From IMG/VR virus record IMGVR_UViG_3300024503_000015, positions 206,182-270,181 of that record: a DNA stretch of 64,000 nt, one strand, 5' to 3'. Position 1 is the stretch's first letter. Each line of letters begins with the position of its first letter. Shown piece by piece: positions 10,301 through 21,123 of the stretch. Under the pieces are notes generated by a model that saw only the letters and a program-made list of their open reading frames with translations, was not told the origin of the DNA and searched no databases. The translations under genes and the position numbers were made by a program.

Positions 10301-11493
10301 GAACTAGCCTTAAGAAGAATAATCTCTTCGTTAATGCGTCCATTCATACGAGCCTCTGTAGCATTAATCTCGTCTAAGAACTTACGCAACTGCACCTTAC
10401 CAGCGGCTTTGAACTCTTTCATCTTTTCCTCTGGCTTACGCACAGTCTTCATAATGCTGAGTGTTTCGCTAAAGCCGGTAATTGTGGTGCCTTTAACACC
10501 TAATTCCATATATTCGTTGGCAACATACTTGCCCAACTTACGGCTCTTAGTGTTATAAACCCACAACTCCTTGCTACCGATAATGTCAGTAGGATTAATT
10601 GACACCAATTTCAATGGCTCGTCAGTTTTCTTGTACTTGAGTTTAGCAACAAGTTTGTCAACACTGACTGCTTTCTTAGCACGAGGAGCACGATTCACTT
10701 TGGCTTCCTGCATTAACATAGTACAGGCGTTTTGAATCTCCTGCAAAAATGTAATGAAGTTACGAATCTGCTTTTTGCTACGATGACTGTAACCTTCTTT
10801 CAACTGTTCGTCTGCTTTACCGCTGGCAAGCTCTTCTAGTTCTGCCAAATCGCGAGCATAAAAGTCACGAATGATACGAGCGTGTGCGGCTTTGGCCTGC
10901 TGGCTCTTCAACAAATTAAGAACCTTAAATGCTTTTGGATCAAAGTTTTCCGGATCGATTTGAAACGACTCATAGGCCTTTTCAATTTCTTCAGTCATAT
11001 TCAGCGCAACTTCACGCAGACGTTCTTGAATGCTAGGAGTGTACACTTCTTTTTTGACTTCAACTTTTTCTTCGCCCTCGGTATCGTCTTTGCCTTCGAG
11101 GATTACATTGACAATGGCATTACGCAACCAAGCGGCGGTGTCCTTGCCGCTGTTAAAGTCTGCACGTTGCGGAGTCATACCACGTAACAGACAGTGAGCA
11201 ATGGCGCCCATTGTGGTGCTGATACGATTGTCTTTGACTTTCTTAATAGCAACAATGTCTTCTTTAGCACAGCCTGCATCAGTCATCCACTTAACAATAA
11301 TTGGCTTGTAAGTTTTAATGTCGCTTTCTAAACGATAGTAGTCCATGCTACTACGAAAGTGTTTATGGAACTTGTCGGCATCCCAAGATTCGCAACCTTC
11401 CCAATTTGGGCTAGTATCTTTGACTGCACGAGTGCGGTGTGCAATAACTTGCTTTTTGGTTACACGGGTTTTGGTTGCTGTCTTAGTAGCCAT
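10297..11493 (-). CDS. Hypothetical phage protein (398 aa, basic)
   Basis: Long ORF with SD AGGAG and its own sigma70 promoter. Confidence 0.8.
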   Translation of the reverse strand: MATKTATKTRVTKKQVIAHRTRAVKDTSPNWEGCESWDADKFHKHFRSSMDYYRLESDIKTYKPIIVKWMTDAGCAKEDIVAIKKVKDNRISTTMGAIAHCLLRGMTPQRADFNSGKDTAAWLRNAIVNVILEGKDDTEGEEKVEVKKEVYTPSIQERLREVALNMTEEIEKAYESFQIDPENFDPKAFKVLNLLKSQQAKAAHARIIRDFYARDLAELEELASGKADEQLKEGYSHRSKKQIRNFITFLQEIQNACTMLMQEAKVNRAPRAKKAVSVDKLVAKLKYKKTDEPLKLVSINPTDIIGSKELWVYNTKSRKLGKYVANEYMELGVKGTTITGFSETLSIMKTVRKPEEKMKEFKAAGKVQLRKFLDEINATEARMNGRINEEIILLKASS

Positions 11494-11524
11494 TTTTGCT
11501 CCTGTTAATTAACTTAATAAACAT

Positions 11525-11553
11525 ATTATATAGTCACTCTTCCGAAATGTCAA
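11525..11553 (-). promoter_or_regulatory. Consensus sigma70 promoter
   Basis: TTGACA-N17-TATAAT. Confidence 0.85.
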
Positions 11554-11824
11554 CTCCGCTCCAATACAGAACAAACCAATCCAAATCCTTTTTATTCTTA
11601 AACCAAAATTGGGTATAGCTCATTCTGCGAGCTCTTTTGGGCCAAATATACGTCTTAAACGTATTGTAACACCAATTACTTATATTTTGGTAAGTAGATT
11701 CGCTAAACGGTTCTTCAAACCCGTCCCATTCCGGAAAGAGTTCTTGTTGTCCACTTTGGGTAACATAATAAACGTCAGCAGTCCAAAACCCGTCTCTTTT
11801 GTCGATTCGGAACTGTGGTTTCAT
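11534..11824 (-). CDS. Hypothetical protein
   Basis: TAATG-coupled ORF within the operon. Confidence 0.65.
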   Translation of the reverse strand: MKPQFRIDKRDGFWTADVYYVTQSGQQELFPEWDGFEEPFSESTYQNISNWCYNTFKTYIWPKRARRMSYTQFWFKNKKDLDWFVLYWSGVDISEE

Positions 11825-12129
11825 TACAACATGAAATTTATTTTTTGGATGTTCTCAAACTTAAAACTACGCCAATTGCCAATTACGGTATCCCAAACTG
11901 TACAAAGAACTTCTGAAGTTTTTGGGTTCTCTACTGTAGGGCAAATGCCTTCTTTAAGAGTACACTTCATTTCTCTCAGTGTGCCATCAGTTTTTTTGAA
12001 TGTTACTTCCACTGTGTCGTGCATACGTAGAACGTTAATCAACCATTCGCGAAATGACTTGCGTTCATCTTCTGTGGCAGTAGCATACCAATCACTTTGA
12101 AACTCTACTAAATCTGTTACCTGTGTCAT
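11824..12129 (-). CDS. Sm-like/SH3 beta-barrel protein (WYL_2-like)
   Basis: VTFKKTDGTLREMKCTL...VWD...WRSF motif. Confidence 0.65.
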   Translation of the reverse strand: MTQVTDLVEFQSDWYATATEDERKSFREWLINVLRMHDTVEVTFKKTDGTLREMKCTLKEGICPTVENPKTSEVLCTVWDTVIGNWRSFKFENIQKINFML

Positions 12130-12130
12130 A

Positions 12131-12694
12131 TTAAAACTCCAAATCTGCGGCTAATACATATCTAAATTCTTTACTCTGTGGAGGAGTTGGTCTGTGATAT
12201 ATCTTGCCAGGATATATTAACCAATGATTCTGCACAGGCTCTATGGTGATTCGTTCTGGCTGACCGACACCGTTAGGGGCAAACTCTGTACCACTTGACT
12301 TATAGTCTGCATCGGTGGGTATCTTTAAATACCAAATGCCTGATACAGTAGTTTTCCCTTCGGTATAATGGTGCGTGTGCCAAAGATTATCTCGATCCTC
12401 GGTAATTTCATTGTTAGTCATGAAACTCCAAGCCATTAATTGATTAATCTTTACTTCTTTACCTAAATACATAAACACACTAAAGATAAAACTCATTCTA
12501 AATTTCATCCAAAGCGGGTCAGGCAATCCAAATAAATTAACCTGTGTTTGATACTTGGGACTGTTTTTAAAATACTGTCCAGAATTTACAATGTCTGTAA
12601 TTCGTTGTATAGCATCGGCCTGGTCTTGTTCTGTAATTACAGAACTAAAATTATATTTTTCAAATTGCCCAGTATGGTCTACGTATGTGGTCAT
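12131..12694 (-). CDS. Putative 2OG-Fe(II) oxygenase
   Basis: WHTH, SGIWYL, GTEF, YPGKIYH and RYVLA motifs. Confidence 0.65.
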   Translation of the reverse strand: MTTYVDHTGQFEKYNFSSVITEQDQADAIQRITDIVNSGQYFKNSPKYQTQVNLFGLPDPLWMKFRMSFIFSVFMYLGKEVKINQLMAWSFMTNNEITEDRDNLWHTHHYTEGKTTVSGIWYLKIPTDADYKSSGTEFAPNGVGQPERITIEPVQNHWLIYPGKIYHRPTPPQSKEFRYVLAADLEF

Positions 12695-13314
12695 TCACGT
12701 TTCTCAATTACTTTATCTGCAAGTCCATATTCAACAGCCTGTTGTGCAGATAAGAATGTATCAAACTTCATGTCGCCAAACATTTCGTCATAGGTTTTAC
12801 CTGCCGTATTGTGTTTAACATACAATTCAGTTAGACGTTTGTTGATACGCTGACTTTCCTCGTAAGTACGTTTAGCATCTTCGAACTGTAGTTCTTGTAC
12901 GTGTACGCTACCACGTGTGCCAGGAGTTCCTGAACTAACACGATGAATCATTGTGCGACTTTCTGGCAATACAAATCGTTTACCTTTTGCACCAGCAGAC
13001 GCTAGGAATGATCCCATACTTGCGGCCTGCCCAACTACGTAAGTGGCAACATCTGGTTTGATAAACTGCATGGTATCGTAAATAGCCAGTCCCGCAGTTA
13101 CACTTCCACCAGGACTGTTAATAAACAGACTAATGTCTTTTTCGCTATTCTCACTTTCGAGGAATAGCAGTTGTGCCACAATCACACTGGCTGAATGTTC
13201 ATTGACGTCGGTGTCTAACATAATTACACGATCCTTTAATAGACGTGAATAAATGTCATAGGCACGTTCGCCTTTGTTTGTGGACTCTACTACCATTGGC
13301 ACCAAATGTGGCAT
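12691..13314 (-). CDS. clpP: ATP-dependent Clp protease proteolytic subunit
   Basis: [23 protein letters not shown] (Ser), MIH (His). Confidence 0.95.
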   Translation of the reverse strand: MPHLVPMVVESTNKGERAYDIYSRLLKDRVIMLDTDVNEHSASVIVAQLLFLESENSEKDISLFINSPGGSVTAGLAIYDTMQFIKPDVATYVVGQAASMGSFLASAGAKGKRFVLPESRTMIHRVSSGTPGTRGSVHVQELQFEDAKRTYEESQRINKRLTELYVKHNTAGKTYDEMFGDMKFDTFLSAQQAVEYGLADKVIEKRE

Positions 13315-13315
13315 C

Positions 13316-13600
13316 TTATTCTACCTTTTCGTAAGTTTGTTCAAAAATATCTGGCTTGCAGGCATAGAACTCGCCCTGCACTCCTTTAATAATCCAATCG
13401 CCTTCGGTGGCAATATGTTTAACTGTTAAACCTATACCGTCTTCTAATGTGCGTATTTCTGCTTCGGCTGGATCATTGTTATGTTCTTTGCGAATGTTGC
13501 CTAGAGATTCTCCGCAGAATTCTTCTAACTGTGCAACAGATTCGTCTGTGTAAAAAAATTGTACAGCCTCGATAATCACAGGCTTCTTACGAAATTTCAT
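13316..13600 (-). CDS. Conserved phage protein
   Basis: [13 protein letters not shown]...[20 protein letters not shown] family motif. Confidence 0.8.
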   Translation of the reverse strand: MKFRKKPVIIEAVQFFYTDESVAQLEEFCGESLGNIRKEHNNDPAEAEIRTLEDGIGLTVKHIATEGDWIIKGVQGEFYACKPDIFEQTYEKVE

Positions 13601-14303
13601 TATGTTCCTTTGCTAACGTAAAATTAAAAAGTTTATAAAAATACAATTGATCTATCCTGTCAACTTCATAGAAGGTATCAAACGCAACTTCAGTCTTGTC
13701 AACAACTAACTGCTTAAACATCTCCAATAAAGGATTATCGCTGGCTACTTCGATGTTGTATAGATAACGGTCATCTGTAAACCAAAAACGATTAATATTT
13801 CGCTTCTGTTGTCTGCTAGAAGTAGTCTTCAAATACTTTAATTTTAGTTGACTCTTAACAGGCTTACCCATACCACGAATTATACGTGGAACATCTGTGG
13901 TGTTATATTGTTTTTTGAAATCATCGTATATCATATCTTCTTCGTAAAAGTAAGGAAGTTTATAATATATACCTAGGTCTTTGCCTTCGCAGGTATGAAT
14001 ACGATTTTCTAACAAATAGCAAACACGACTTCTAAAGTCACTGATATTTCTAGCATTAGTAAGATTAGACCAAAAGTATTTCTTACCGTAATATTTTCTA
14101 ATCTTTTCGGCTAATGTTCTAGTTTCATCTTTGATATTATTTTTTACACGGTCGTCTTCCATGGAATAAAAAGAACCTGGATTTCCCTCCATAAGTTCTT
14201 TTAGACTTACAGACAACACCAGTGGATCTTCTTGAAACTCCGTGGCTTTTTCTTTATAAGTTGCGGAAAAAATATTATCAAGATCTGAAACTACAACGTT
14301 CAT
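13587..14303 (-). CDS. Hypothetical protein
   Basis: 238-aa ORF, coupled to neighbours. Confidence 0.7.
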   Translation of the reverse strand: MNVVVSDLDNIFSATYKEKATEFQEDPLVLSVSLKELMEGNPGSFYSMEDDRVKNNIKDETRTLAEKIRKYYGKKYFWSNLTNARNISDFRSRVCYLLENRIHTCEGKDLGIYYKLPYFYEEDMIYDDFKKQYNTTDVPRIIRGMGKPVKSQLKLKYLKTTSSRQQKRNINRFWFTDDRYLYNIEVASDNPLLEMFKQLVVDKTEVAFDTFYEVDRIDQLYFYKLFNFTLAKEHNEIS

Positions 14304-14539
14304 TATCTGCCCTCTGTATATTTTTGACCTTTTGGTCCGTTACTAATAAAATCCATTCCGGCCATACGACCTTCGTAAACTCTGCCATTCCAGTTCATTA
14401 ATAGTTTAACACTTTTGTTCATTACCACAGTTAAGTTACGACCTTCATTGAATGCCATAACATCTGCTTGAACAACTCTACCCGAACTTTCCTGTTTAAC
14501 TTCGCAGGTAGCATCGTATCTCACTTTAATATTACTCAT
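14303..14539 (-). CDS. Hypothetical protein
   Basis: Coupled ORF. Confidence 0.7.
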   Translation of the reverse strand: MSNIKVRYDATCEVKQESSGRVVQADVMAFNEGRNLTVVMNKSVKLLMNWNGRVYEGRMAGMDFISNGPKGQKYTEGR

Positions 14540-14925
14540 GGCGCACTCTGTACTTGTTCTGATTCGGATTCATATTTGCCAGCAATGGCTTCTAATAAAT
14601 CAAAGTTTTCTTCTGCACGTTGAATTGCTTCATATGCTTTCTTCAGTGCGGGATTATTTTCTGCGGCATATTTTCTGGCCTGTTGCTTACTACGCTGTTC
14701 ACGTGCCCACTCTAACAAACTTTCTGCTTCTTGTGTAAGTTCAACAGTGGCATAATTCATGTTTAGTTGTTGCCATGAATTGCCATCGTTGACTTCCATA
14801 GCACTCGTGTTAGGGTTATACCGCAACATACCTGCACCACTGGAGCCAGGACTAATATAGTTACTGCTGGGCTGGCCACCAGATACAGTAACAAATCTTC
14901 CACTAGAATTAATACCTTTAATCAT
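14536..14925 (-). CDS. Hypothetical protein
   Basis: ATGA overlaps. Confidence 0.7.
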   Translation of the reverse strand: MIKGINSSGRFVTVSGGQPSSNYISPGSSGAGMLRYNPNTSAMEVNDGNSWQQLNMNYATVELTQEAESLLEWAREQRSKQQARKYAAENNPALKKAYEAIQRAEENFDLLEAIAGKYESESEQVQSAP

Positions 14926-15347
14926 TTATACTCCTTATCTAATTCTACATTAGTTAGTCCAGCCACTGTTTGAAATTTATCCCATGCCGCCTTGGCCGCG
15001 GGATTAGTAGCCAACTCACTGCTAGGCAAAACTGTTTCTAACCAAATCTCTGGGCGACGACTTGGATGTGCGCCAAACTTTCTTGGCTGGTGCATTTTAC
15101 CCGAATCATACAATTCGATGCTAATATCACGAAACTGTTGTTCGTTATGATAACCAGTCCATTCTGGGTTACTCCAGATACTGCCCGCACTACGACCACC
15201 GCCGTAGCCTTCCCAAATATTGCCCCATTGTTCATCGTTATGCGGATCAAAGTCCGTACGAGTAATGAGAACAAGAACATCATTGATATCTACAACACCA
15301 TCAACAATGTCTCGAACACAACGGCTATAACTTAATCCAACTTTCAT
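14922..15347 (-). CDS. Hypothetical protein
   Basis: Coupled ORF. Confidence 0.7.
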   Translation of the reverse strand: MKVGLSYSRCVRDIVDGVVDINDVLVLITRTDFDPHNDEQWGNIWEGYGGGRSAGSIWSNPEWTGYHNEQQFRDISIELYDSGKMHQPRKFGAHPSRRPEIWLETVLPSSELATNPAAKAAWDKFQTVAGLTNVELDKEYK

Positions 15348-16198
15348 TATACTTCCAATACTATGTTAGGGTTCCAGCCACTATCTTCGCTGTAACCATC
15401 TGATTCGTAACCACGTGGATTACACACAACTCTTGTTTCACCAATCATATAATCAAAACAATGATGAGTGTGACCGTGTACCCACAGTTTGATTTGTGGA
15501 CGATCCAAGATGAACTCACTCAAATCACTGTGGTAAGCACCGTTCATTAGTGTTTCACCTCTGTACTGTTCGTGTACACTTTGGAAACTCGGCGAATGAT
15601 GTCCTACTACAACAAACTTTTCGTCAGGGCGTTCTGCTACTACATTTTTGATGTAGCCAAGCATATGACGATGACGGATAACAGTATCATGTGGCTTAAG
15701 GTTAGTGTAACCTTCTTCTTCCTTTTTGATAACACGAAAGTCATTCATCATATCCCGCACAGCATGGAGTGTCAAAGGATCACCTTTGTTCATGTCAGTC
15801 CACAATGTACCACCAATAAATGTTACATCATCAATTTTCTTTGAGCCTGCCTCCAAGAAGTAGACATTAGGGAACTGAGCGCACTCCTCAGATAGTACAG
15901 TAAGTGTACGATTCCATTTACCGTGATAGAATTCATGGTTACCCGCTACGTAAATTGTATTTGGGAATTGGAAACTGCAACGTTTCAAAAAGTCACGAAA
16001 GCGAGCTACCCTTTGTTGTTTACGTCCAAGGTCAGCAAACGCACCATACTCGTAGATGCTGGGCACAACAGGATGGTCGTAGAGTTCCTCTGCAATCATA
16101 ATATCGCCGGCAAGAATAAGCACATCGTAATCCTGATCATTTTGGATATTGATGTCGCTAAACTCTAAATGGAGATCTGACACAAGTTTAATTTTCAT
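15347..16198 (-). CDS. Calcineurin-like metallophosphoesterase
   Basis: SDLH, AGD, AGNHE, HH and HGHTH motifs; ATG 6 nt after TATAAT. Confidence 0.9.
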   Translation of the reverse strand: MKIKLVSDLHLEFSDINIQNDQDYDVLILAGDIMIAEELYDHPVVPSIYEYGAFADLGRKQQRVARFRDFLKRCSFQFPNTIYVAGNHEFYHGKWNRTLTVLSEECAQFPNVYFLEAGSKKIDDVTFIGGTLWTDMNKGDPLTLHAVRDMMNDFRVIKKEEEGYTNLKPHDTVIRHRHMLGYIKNVVAERPDEKFVVVGHHSPSFQSVHEQYRGETLMNGAYHSDLSEFILDRPQIKLWVHGHTHHCFDYMIGETRVVCNPRGYESDGYSEDSGWNPNIVLEV

Positions 16199-16205
16199 AC
16201 TAGTA

Positions 16206-16601
16206 TTATACTTGAAATGTACCGATTCTGTCAATGCTATTGCCCCATTTTAATATAAAAAATGTAGCATCTTGAGCAGTTAGTTTGGCTGTTATAGCAT
16301 AATCGGTATGATAGTTCATTGGAGCCATATGTCTATGCCATATAGGAGTTTCTACAGCGTGACTCATAACCCATTTACCCGATTCGCTTTCCTGCCATTC
16401 TAATAATGGTTGTGCGGCATACAGGTCTGGATCTTCCACATCTCCCATTTTAAATCGATGTACAATTAGTTCTTTGAACTCTACAACCTTGTCATCGATT
16501 AAATTATATTGATGTTTGTAATGACCCGGAGGATTATTATTGTAATTGTTTGGAGTGGGCATAGTTACAGGCCAATTAAAACGGCCACTTATTGTTCCCA
16601 T
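16206..16601 (-). CDS. Hypothetical protein
   Basis: Part of ORF 16206..16691; start uncertain. Confidence 0.55.
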   Translation of the reverse strand: MGTISGRFNWPVTMPTPNNYNNNPPGHYKHQYNLIDDKVVEFKELIVHRFKMGDVEDPDLYAAQPLLEWQESESGKWVMSHAVETPIWHRHMAPMNYHTDYAITAKLTAQDATFFILKWGNSIDRIGTFQV

Positions 16602-17115
16602 TTTCTTCCTGCCATTTTCGAACAGACTCAGCAAGTTCTTCTCTAGTACGTAATTTAACGTTTTCTTCAACAACAGTACCGTCATCTTCACAGAGACTGA
16701 CTTGGAAAGGAGCGTCGATAACTAGGTAGTCATCTTCAACTTGCCAATCATGATTGCCTTCAAACAACCAAGCCGCACCACTGCGCTCGTCGTCATCGTC
16801 TGGATCGCCTTCTAGGTAACACTCTTTAATTTGTTCTTGCTCTTCTTCAGTGATATCATCGCTAAATTCAAACCAACAAGCGTGTTGGTCATCTAATTCA
16901 GACCCCCAACCGCAGTCTGTCTTAGCGTGTGCTTGAGCATCGCCTTCTAAAGGCAAGTTACAATCCATGTCTTCTTCAACAAACCCTTGACCCCAACGAT
17001 AGTGATCATCGATGTTGAACCAACTAATTGAACCATCCGCATTTTCGCGGTACATTTCAATGTGCCAGCAGATACTTTTCTTTTCTAACGGTTTGATCAG
17101 ATATACTTTGCTCAT
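16576..17115 (-). CDS. Acidic hypothetical protein
   Basis: D/E-rich; shares motifs with 17337..17840 (x(F/Y)RWG, EEE.E..E). Confidence 0.7.
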   Translation of the reverse strand: MSKVYLIKPLEKKSICWHIEMYRENADGSISWFNIDDHYRWGQGFVEEDMDCNLPLEGDAQAHAKTDCGWGSELDDQHACWFEFSDDITEEEQEQIKECYLEGDPDDDDERSGAAWLFEGNHDWQVEDDYLVIDAPFQVSLCEDDGTVVEENVKLRTREELAESVRKWQEENGNNKWPF

Positions 17116-17118
17116 TCT

Positions 17119-17340
17119 TCAACTCCGAAATGTTCTTGCCACATACGCTTGGGTTCGCTGATTATTGGTTGCCTTGCCATGAAACCATTCAGATTCTACC
17201 ATTGCATCCAACACCATTCGTTCCATCAACTCTACATACTTTTCTGCGTATGCTTGACTATACGGCATTGCTGTAGTTTCGTTTTGCTTGACAGCATAGA
17301 TACGAGCCTGTTGCTCAAGTTGTTGAATTCGTTCGTTCAT
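17119..17340 (-). CDS. Hypothetical protein
   Basis: MNERI-type small phage ORF. Confidence 0.6.
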   Translation of the reverse strand: MNERIQQLEQQARIYAVKQNETTAMPYSQAYAEKYVELMERMVLDAMVESEWFHGKATNNQRTQAYVARTFRS

Positions 17341-17840
17341 TCTTCGTCCTTAAAGTCAATAACATTACCGTCTTCATCTGCACAGATGATGCGTACAGTT
17401 TCGCCGTCTTCGTTTTTAATCTCAATAGGACCCCAAATCCACCATTCAGTTTCATCTTGATACCATGAATCTTCGCGATCTTCTAAATCGTAAATGCTAT
17501 TCTCGTCGATAAACTCTTGCAGTTCTTCTTCCTCTTCTTCTGTTAGGCCATCAAACTCGATATCATACCAGCAACCACCGTCGTCCATACTGATAAGTTC
17601 AACTTCTTCAATATTATTGTATGAGCAGTCTAGCATATTGATGCTGTCTTTTCGGCCATCGCCTCCAGGAACTTCTGTAAATTCAAATTCTGGAGGATTG
17701 TCGTCACTGGTTTCTACTGACCATTCTCCCCAACGGAATCCATTGGTGGTAGTAATTCTGCCTTTACCTTCTCGTTGAACCCAAAATTCAACTTCTTGTA
17801 CACTCTTTTTGTAATAAGTTCTTACTGTCCAGGTTGCCAT
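17337..17840 (-). CDS. Acidic hypothetical protein
   Basis: Start MATWTV after AAGGAG. Confidence 0.7.
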   Translation of the reverse strand: MATWTVRTYYKKSVQEVEFWVQREGKGRITTTNGFRWGEWSVETSDDNPPEFEFTEVPGGDGRKDSINMLDCSYNNIEEVELISMDDGGCWYDIEFDGLTEEEEEELQEFIDENSIYDLEDREDSWYQDETEWWIWGPIEIKNEDGETVRIICADEDGNVIDFKDEE

Positions 17841-17851
17841 GCTACTTCTCC

Positions 17852-18334
17852 TTAAAGTTCTAAACCGTTTTGTTTGGCATAATCCTCGGGTGATTGACGT
17901 TTTTTCTGATACTCTGCTTCGTGCATATCGCATAGCGTACGAATCCATCCGCCATCTCTACGTTTGCCAGGAGCACAACATTCTTCGCAACAAGAGTCTG
18001 CCCAGGATTCTGCCATGGTAACCATGCCGTGAATGTATTCGTCACCGCCTTGATAATAGAAACGAAGCCCGCCAAACTTTTCTTTAATTTGTTCTACAAC
18101 TACCTGCGGAATAAGTTCACGAGCAGGTTCTTTTTTATTTTCAACGTCCCAATCGTGTTGCTTCTTTGCCCAATCAATCCTGCCCTGTATATTGGCACAG
18201 AGATTTTCTAGGATAGGCCACCAACCTTTACCTACAGCAAATCCGCCGTAGCGTTCCGCAAACATTAATGGAAATCTTTCTTCCATACGTTTAGCAAAGG
18301 CTTCGTATTCGTTATACTCTTGATCTTCTGTCAT
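17852..18334 (-). CDS. Conserved phage protein with CxxC
   Basis: GKGW, QIKEKFGGLRFY, CEEC, GWIRTLC. Confidence 0.75.
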   Translation of the reverse strand: MTEDQEYNEYEAFAKRMEERFPLMFAERYGGFAVGKGWWPILENLCANIQGRIDWAKKQHDWDVENKKEPARELIPQVVVEQIKEKFGGLRFYYQGGDEYIHGMVTMAESWADSCCEECCAPGKRRDGGWIRTLCDMHEAEYQKKRQSPEDYAKQNGLEL

Positions 18335-18585
18335 TTTATATCATCCGAGGTTTCAGGGAAATGGCTAATAATTAAATCTAATGCTTCAATGGTACGCATA
18401 TTGATTACAACATCTTCAGGGTGTAACCAATAGCCGTCTGGATTTGATTCTGTTTTAGGATTCTTTTTCCATTGACGTAATTCTTTTTTCAAGTAAGCAC
18501 GATAGTCTTTTAGATTAAGACTAGTAATTCGATCCGCAGTTTCGCCATCAATCCATTGATAAGGTTTATGCTTTGCTTTACTCAC
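18331..18585 (-). CDS. Hypothetical protein
   Basis: Coupled ORF. Confidence 0.6.
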   Translation of the reverse strand: MSKAKHKPYQWIDGETADRITSLNLKDYRAYLKKELRQWKKNPKTESNPDGYWLHPEDVVINMRTIEALDLIISHFPETSDDIK

Positions 18586-18803
18586 GACTTCAGTCCTTCT
18601 AACGTTTGACGTTTGGCTTCTTCTTTGACTTCTTGTTTATGAATTGTCTGCAATCCGCGAAACATTTCTTCGACTACATGAATAATAGCATTCTTACCGT
18701 CTTCAGTTAAGTGACTGTATTCAGGACTTACAGTACTTTCGTGCCAGACTCTACCGTTTTGGCTAAGTTCTAGTAATGCTCCATAGAGCATATCCTTGTG
18801 CAT
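18582..18803 (-). CDS. Hypothetical protein
   Basis: 3' part of ORF 18582..19061; likely start MHKDML. Confidence 0.55.
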   Translation of the reverse strand: MHKDMLYGALLELSQNGRVWHESTVSPEYSHLTEDGKNAIIHVVEEMFRGLQTIHKQEVKEEAKRQTLEGLKS

Positions 18804-18816
18804 ACTTCTGCGGATA

Positions 18817-20139
18817 TCAAATTTTCTCGCCACTTTGGAACCCTCTAAAATGTAAGAAGCGCGGAAAGCGTAAAGAGTAACTTCCATCCTGGTTTTGTGT
18901 GATAGCGTCAGCACGTACCTCAACGATTTTGCCAACCACCTCTTCACGACCGGACCAATAAGCATCGCGATCAGCATCAGTAAAACCGCTACCAACATTA
19001 ACAATGATATCACGTCCATCGTCTCTGCCTTCGCAAACAAAAGCGCCAAGTTTTCCGACATTTTTACCTGTTCCTTCTTCTACTGCTGTAACAGCCAATG
19101 ACACTTCGATAAATGGCTTTAGTTTAAGCCAAGCCACACTACGTTTACATTCATATCCAGCATTAGGATCTTTGATCATAATACCTTCGTAACCGCCATC
19201 GATTGCCTTTTGATTAATTTCTTTGAAACGTTTTTTACCTGCATCAGTATCGAGATCGACAAGTTCGTGTCCAACAACTGCTACATTAGGTAACGCATCT
19301 TTATGTTTCTTGTGCCAGTAGTAGACCATATCGCTACGATCCGATTGGCTTTTATCCCAAGAGCCTTGTTCAAAGTTTGACAAAGGTAGTACGTCAAACA
19401 AATTAAGTACAGCATCATCGCTTTGTACATCACTCTTGCGGTGTACCTGCTTCATCAAATCTTGGAAACTGCTAGACATAACTTCGCCGTCTAGCACCAA
19501 ATCATATGGCGGAGGATCTTGTTTAACTACTGCACTAATCTGCTCTGCTATGTGAGGAAAATTGACAAGCTCTTTGCCGTTACGACTAAACATATCAACA
19601 CGCCCGTCGGCCCTGACGATAGTAATAACTCGTACTCCATCAAGTTTGACTTCGATAAGTTTCTTTCCAACCACCTTAGCCTCATGATTTGCGCTATCGT
19701 GAGCGAGCTGGCAACTAAACACAGGCACACTATAGTGAGCATATTTCTTCTCCACAACTTTGTTGATTGTTTTTTCGCTTACGCCACAACGCAAGTCTTT
19801 AATAAGGATACGACGATACCAGCCATTCCACTGTTTCTTAGTGGCTGACTTTATCATTGTTTGAATCATATCCCTCGCTGTATTACCGGTGACATTGCGA
19901 GTGACAAAGCCAGTAATAGCGAGAGTAAAACTGCCCCAGTCTAAGCCTGGACCGTCTGCATCTGTTTTCTCTGGGATTTGTTTAAGTCCAAAGGTAATCA
20001 TTGGATCTAATGCAAGACGCACACCTTCGAAGAATTCGTTGTTACCTGCCTCCGCTTGTGCAAGAATGATTGCTTCTTTGTTCAAACGACTAGGATGATC
20101 TTCTAGTGTACTAATAACATTTTGGCATGGATCGCTCAC
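18817..20139 (-). CDS. ATP-dependent DNA ligase
   Basis: EVKLDGVR, LDGE, EGIMIK, WLKLK, VGSGF and SLRFPRF motifs. Confidence 0.95.
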   Translation of the reverse strand: MSDPCQNVISTLEDHPSRLNKEAIILAQAEAGNNEFFEGVRLALDPMITFGLKQIPEKTDADGPGLDWGSFTLAITGFVTRNVTGNTARDMIQTMIKSATKKQWNGWYRRILIKDLRCGVSEKTINKVVEKKYAHYSVPVFSCQLAHDSANHEAKVVGKKLIEVKLDGVRVITIVRADGRVDMFSRNGKELVNFPHIAEQISAVVKQDPPPYDLVLDGEVMSSSFQDLMKQVHRKSDVQSDDAVLNLFDVLPLSNFEQGSWDKSQSDRSDMVYYWHKKHKDALPNVAVVGHELVDLDTDAGKKRFKEINQKAIDGGYEGIMIKDPNAGYECKRSVAWLKLKPFIEVSLAVTAVEEGTGKNVGKLGAFVCEGRDDGRDIIVNVGSGFTDADRDAYWSGREEVVGKIVEVRADAITQNQDGSYSLRFPRFLHFRGFQSGEKI

Positions 20140-20171
20140 AATATCTCCTAAAATTTAACTATGCTATTATT

Positions 20172-20885
20172 TTACTGCCAAATTAACTCTTTGTCAATTG
20201 GTTTGACATAATTTAATTGGGTTTCAATGGATTTGGTTGTGTAATTTACACCGTGTGCTTTGACTCTGGCACGTATAGTTTGAGTCTCTCCAGTCTTACC
20301 TAGTGCAGACTTATTCAAAAAGTTTACCAAATGACCGCCATCTGTGACAGCATCGTGGGCATAGCAGTTAAGTTTTTTGACATATCTAGTATTAACATAT
20401 CTAATATTCAGTAAAATTGGCTCACCTACTACTCCGATATGCTCTTGTTTGGCAGTTTTGGACTCTGTGATAATACGTTTCTTTTCCATTTCTTTGAAAT
20501 ACAAACTAGGAACGCTGGCCAAAATACCAAAGTCTTTAAAAATTACTTCAGGTTTTTGAGTACTAGAAAACACTCGTTGCATATAGTCGTTGAGATTGTC
20601 TGCAATAACACCAAATGTCAGTCTACGATAATAATGTATAATAGCACTGGCTGTATCTGTATCTTCCTGAGTAACTTTGACCAGTACTTTATAATCTTTA
20701 TTCAAGTCCGGAACCATTTGATAACTCAAATGTTCTTTGCTATTCCAGCGTTCATCGCTGTCAGGATCTGCATTGGTAAAAGCACTAACGCTGGTATAGC
20801 CTTTAGTTCTAAAAATAGCACAGGCCATAGCCAAAACATTTTCAGCAGGCCATGTACGTTCATTTAATGGAGTAAAATCATTCAT
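20172..20885 (-). CDS. Hypothetical protein, probable C-terminal OB fold
   Basis: HIGVVGE...RARVKAH...TQLNYVK. Confidence 0.65.
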   Translation of the reverse strand: MNDFTPLNERTWPAENVLAMACAIFRTKGYTSVSAFTNADPDSDERWNSKEHLSYQMVPDLNKDYKVLVKVTQEDTDTASAIIHYYRRLTFGVIADNLNDYMQRVFSSTQKPEVIFKDFGILASVPSLYFKEMEKKRIITESKTAKQEHIGVVGEPILLNIRYVNTRYVKKLNCYAHDAVTDGGHLVNFLNKSALGKTGETQTIRARVKAHGVNYTTKSIETQLNYVKPIDKELIWQ

Positions 20886-21123
20886 AATCGATCATCGTTT
20901 GTTGTTGAATAAGAATGTTTTTGCCTATTTCAAATAAGCCTACCCCGCCAATAAGGTCTTTAACGCTGGCGTGAATGTTTACTTCGCCATCTTTGTCTAT
21001 ACTGGCCATGACAAATTCTTCCATGCTACCTTCTTCGATACGCTTACGCACTTCTTCGATAACATCCAGCATATTTTCTTTGCGACGTTTTTCGTTGCGG
21101 TCGTTGATGTTAATTACTTCCAT
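20878..21123 (-). CDS. Hypothetical protein
   Basis: SD AGGAG; coupled ORF. Confidence 0.65.
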   Translation of the reverse strand: MEVININDRNEKRRKENMLDVIEEVRKRIEEGSMEEFVMASIDKDGEVNIHASVKDLIGGVGLFEIGKNILIQQQTMIDYE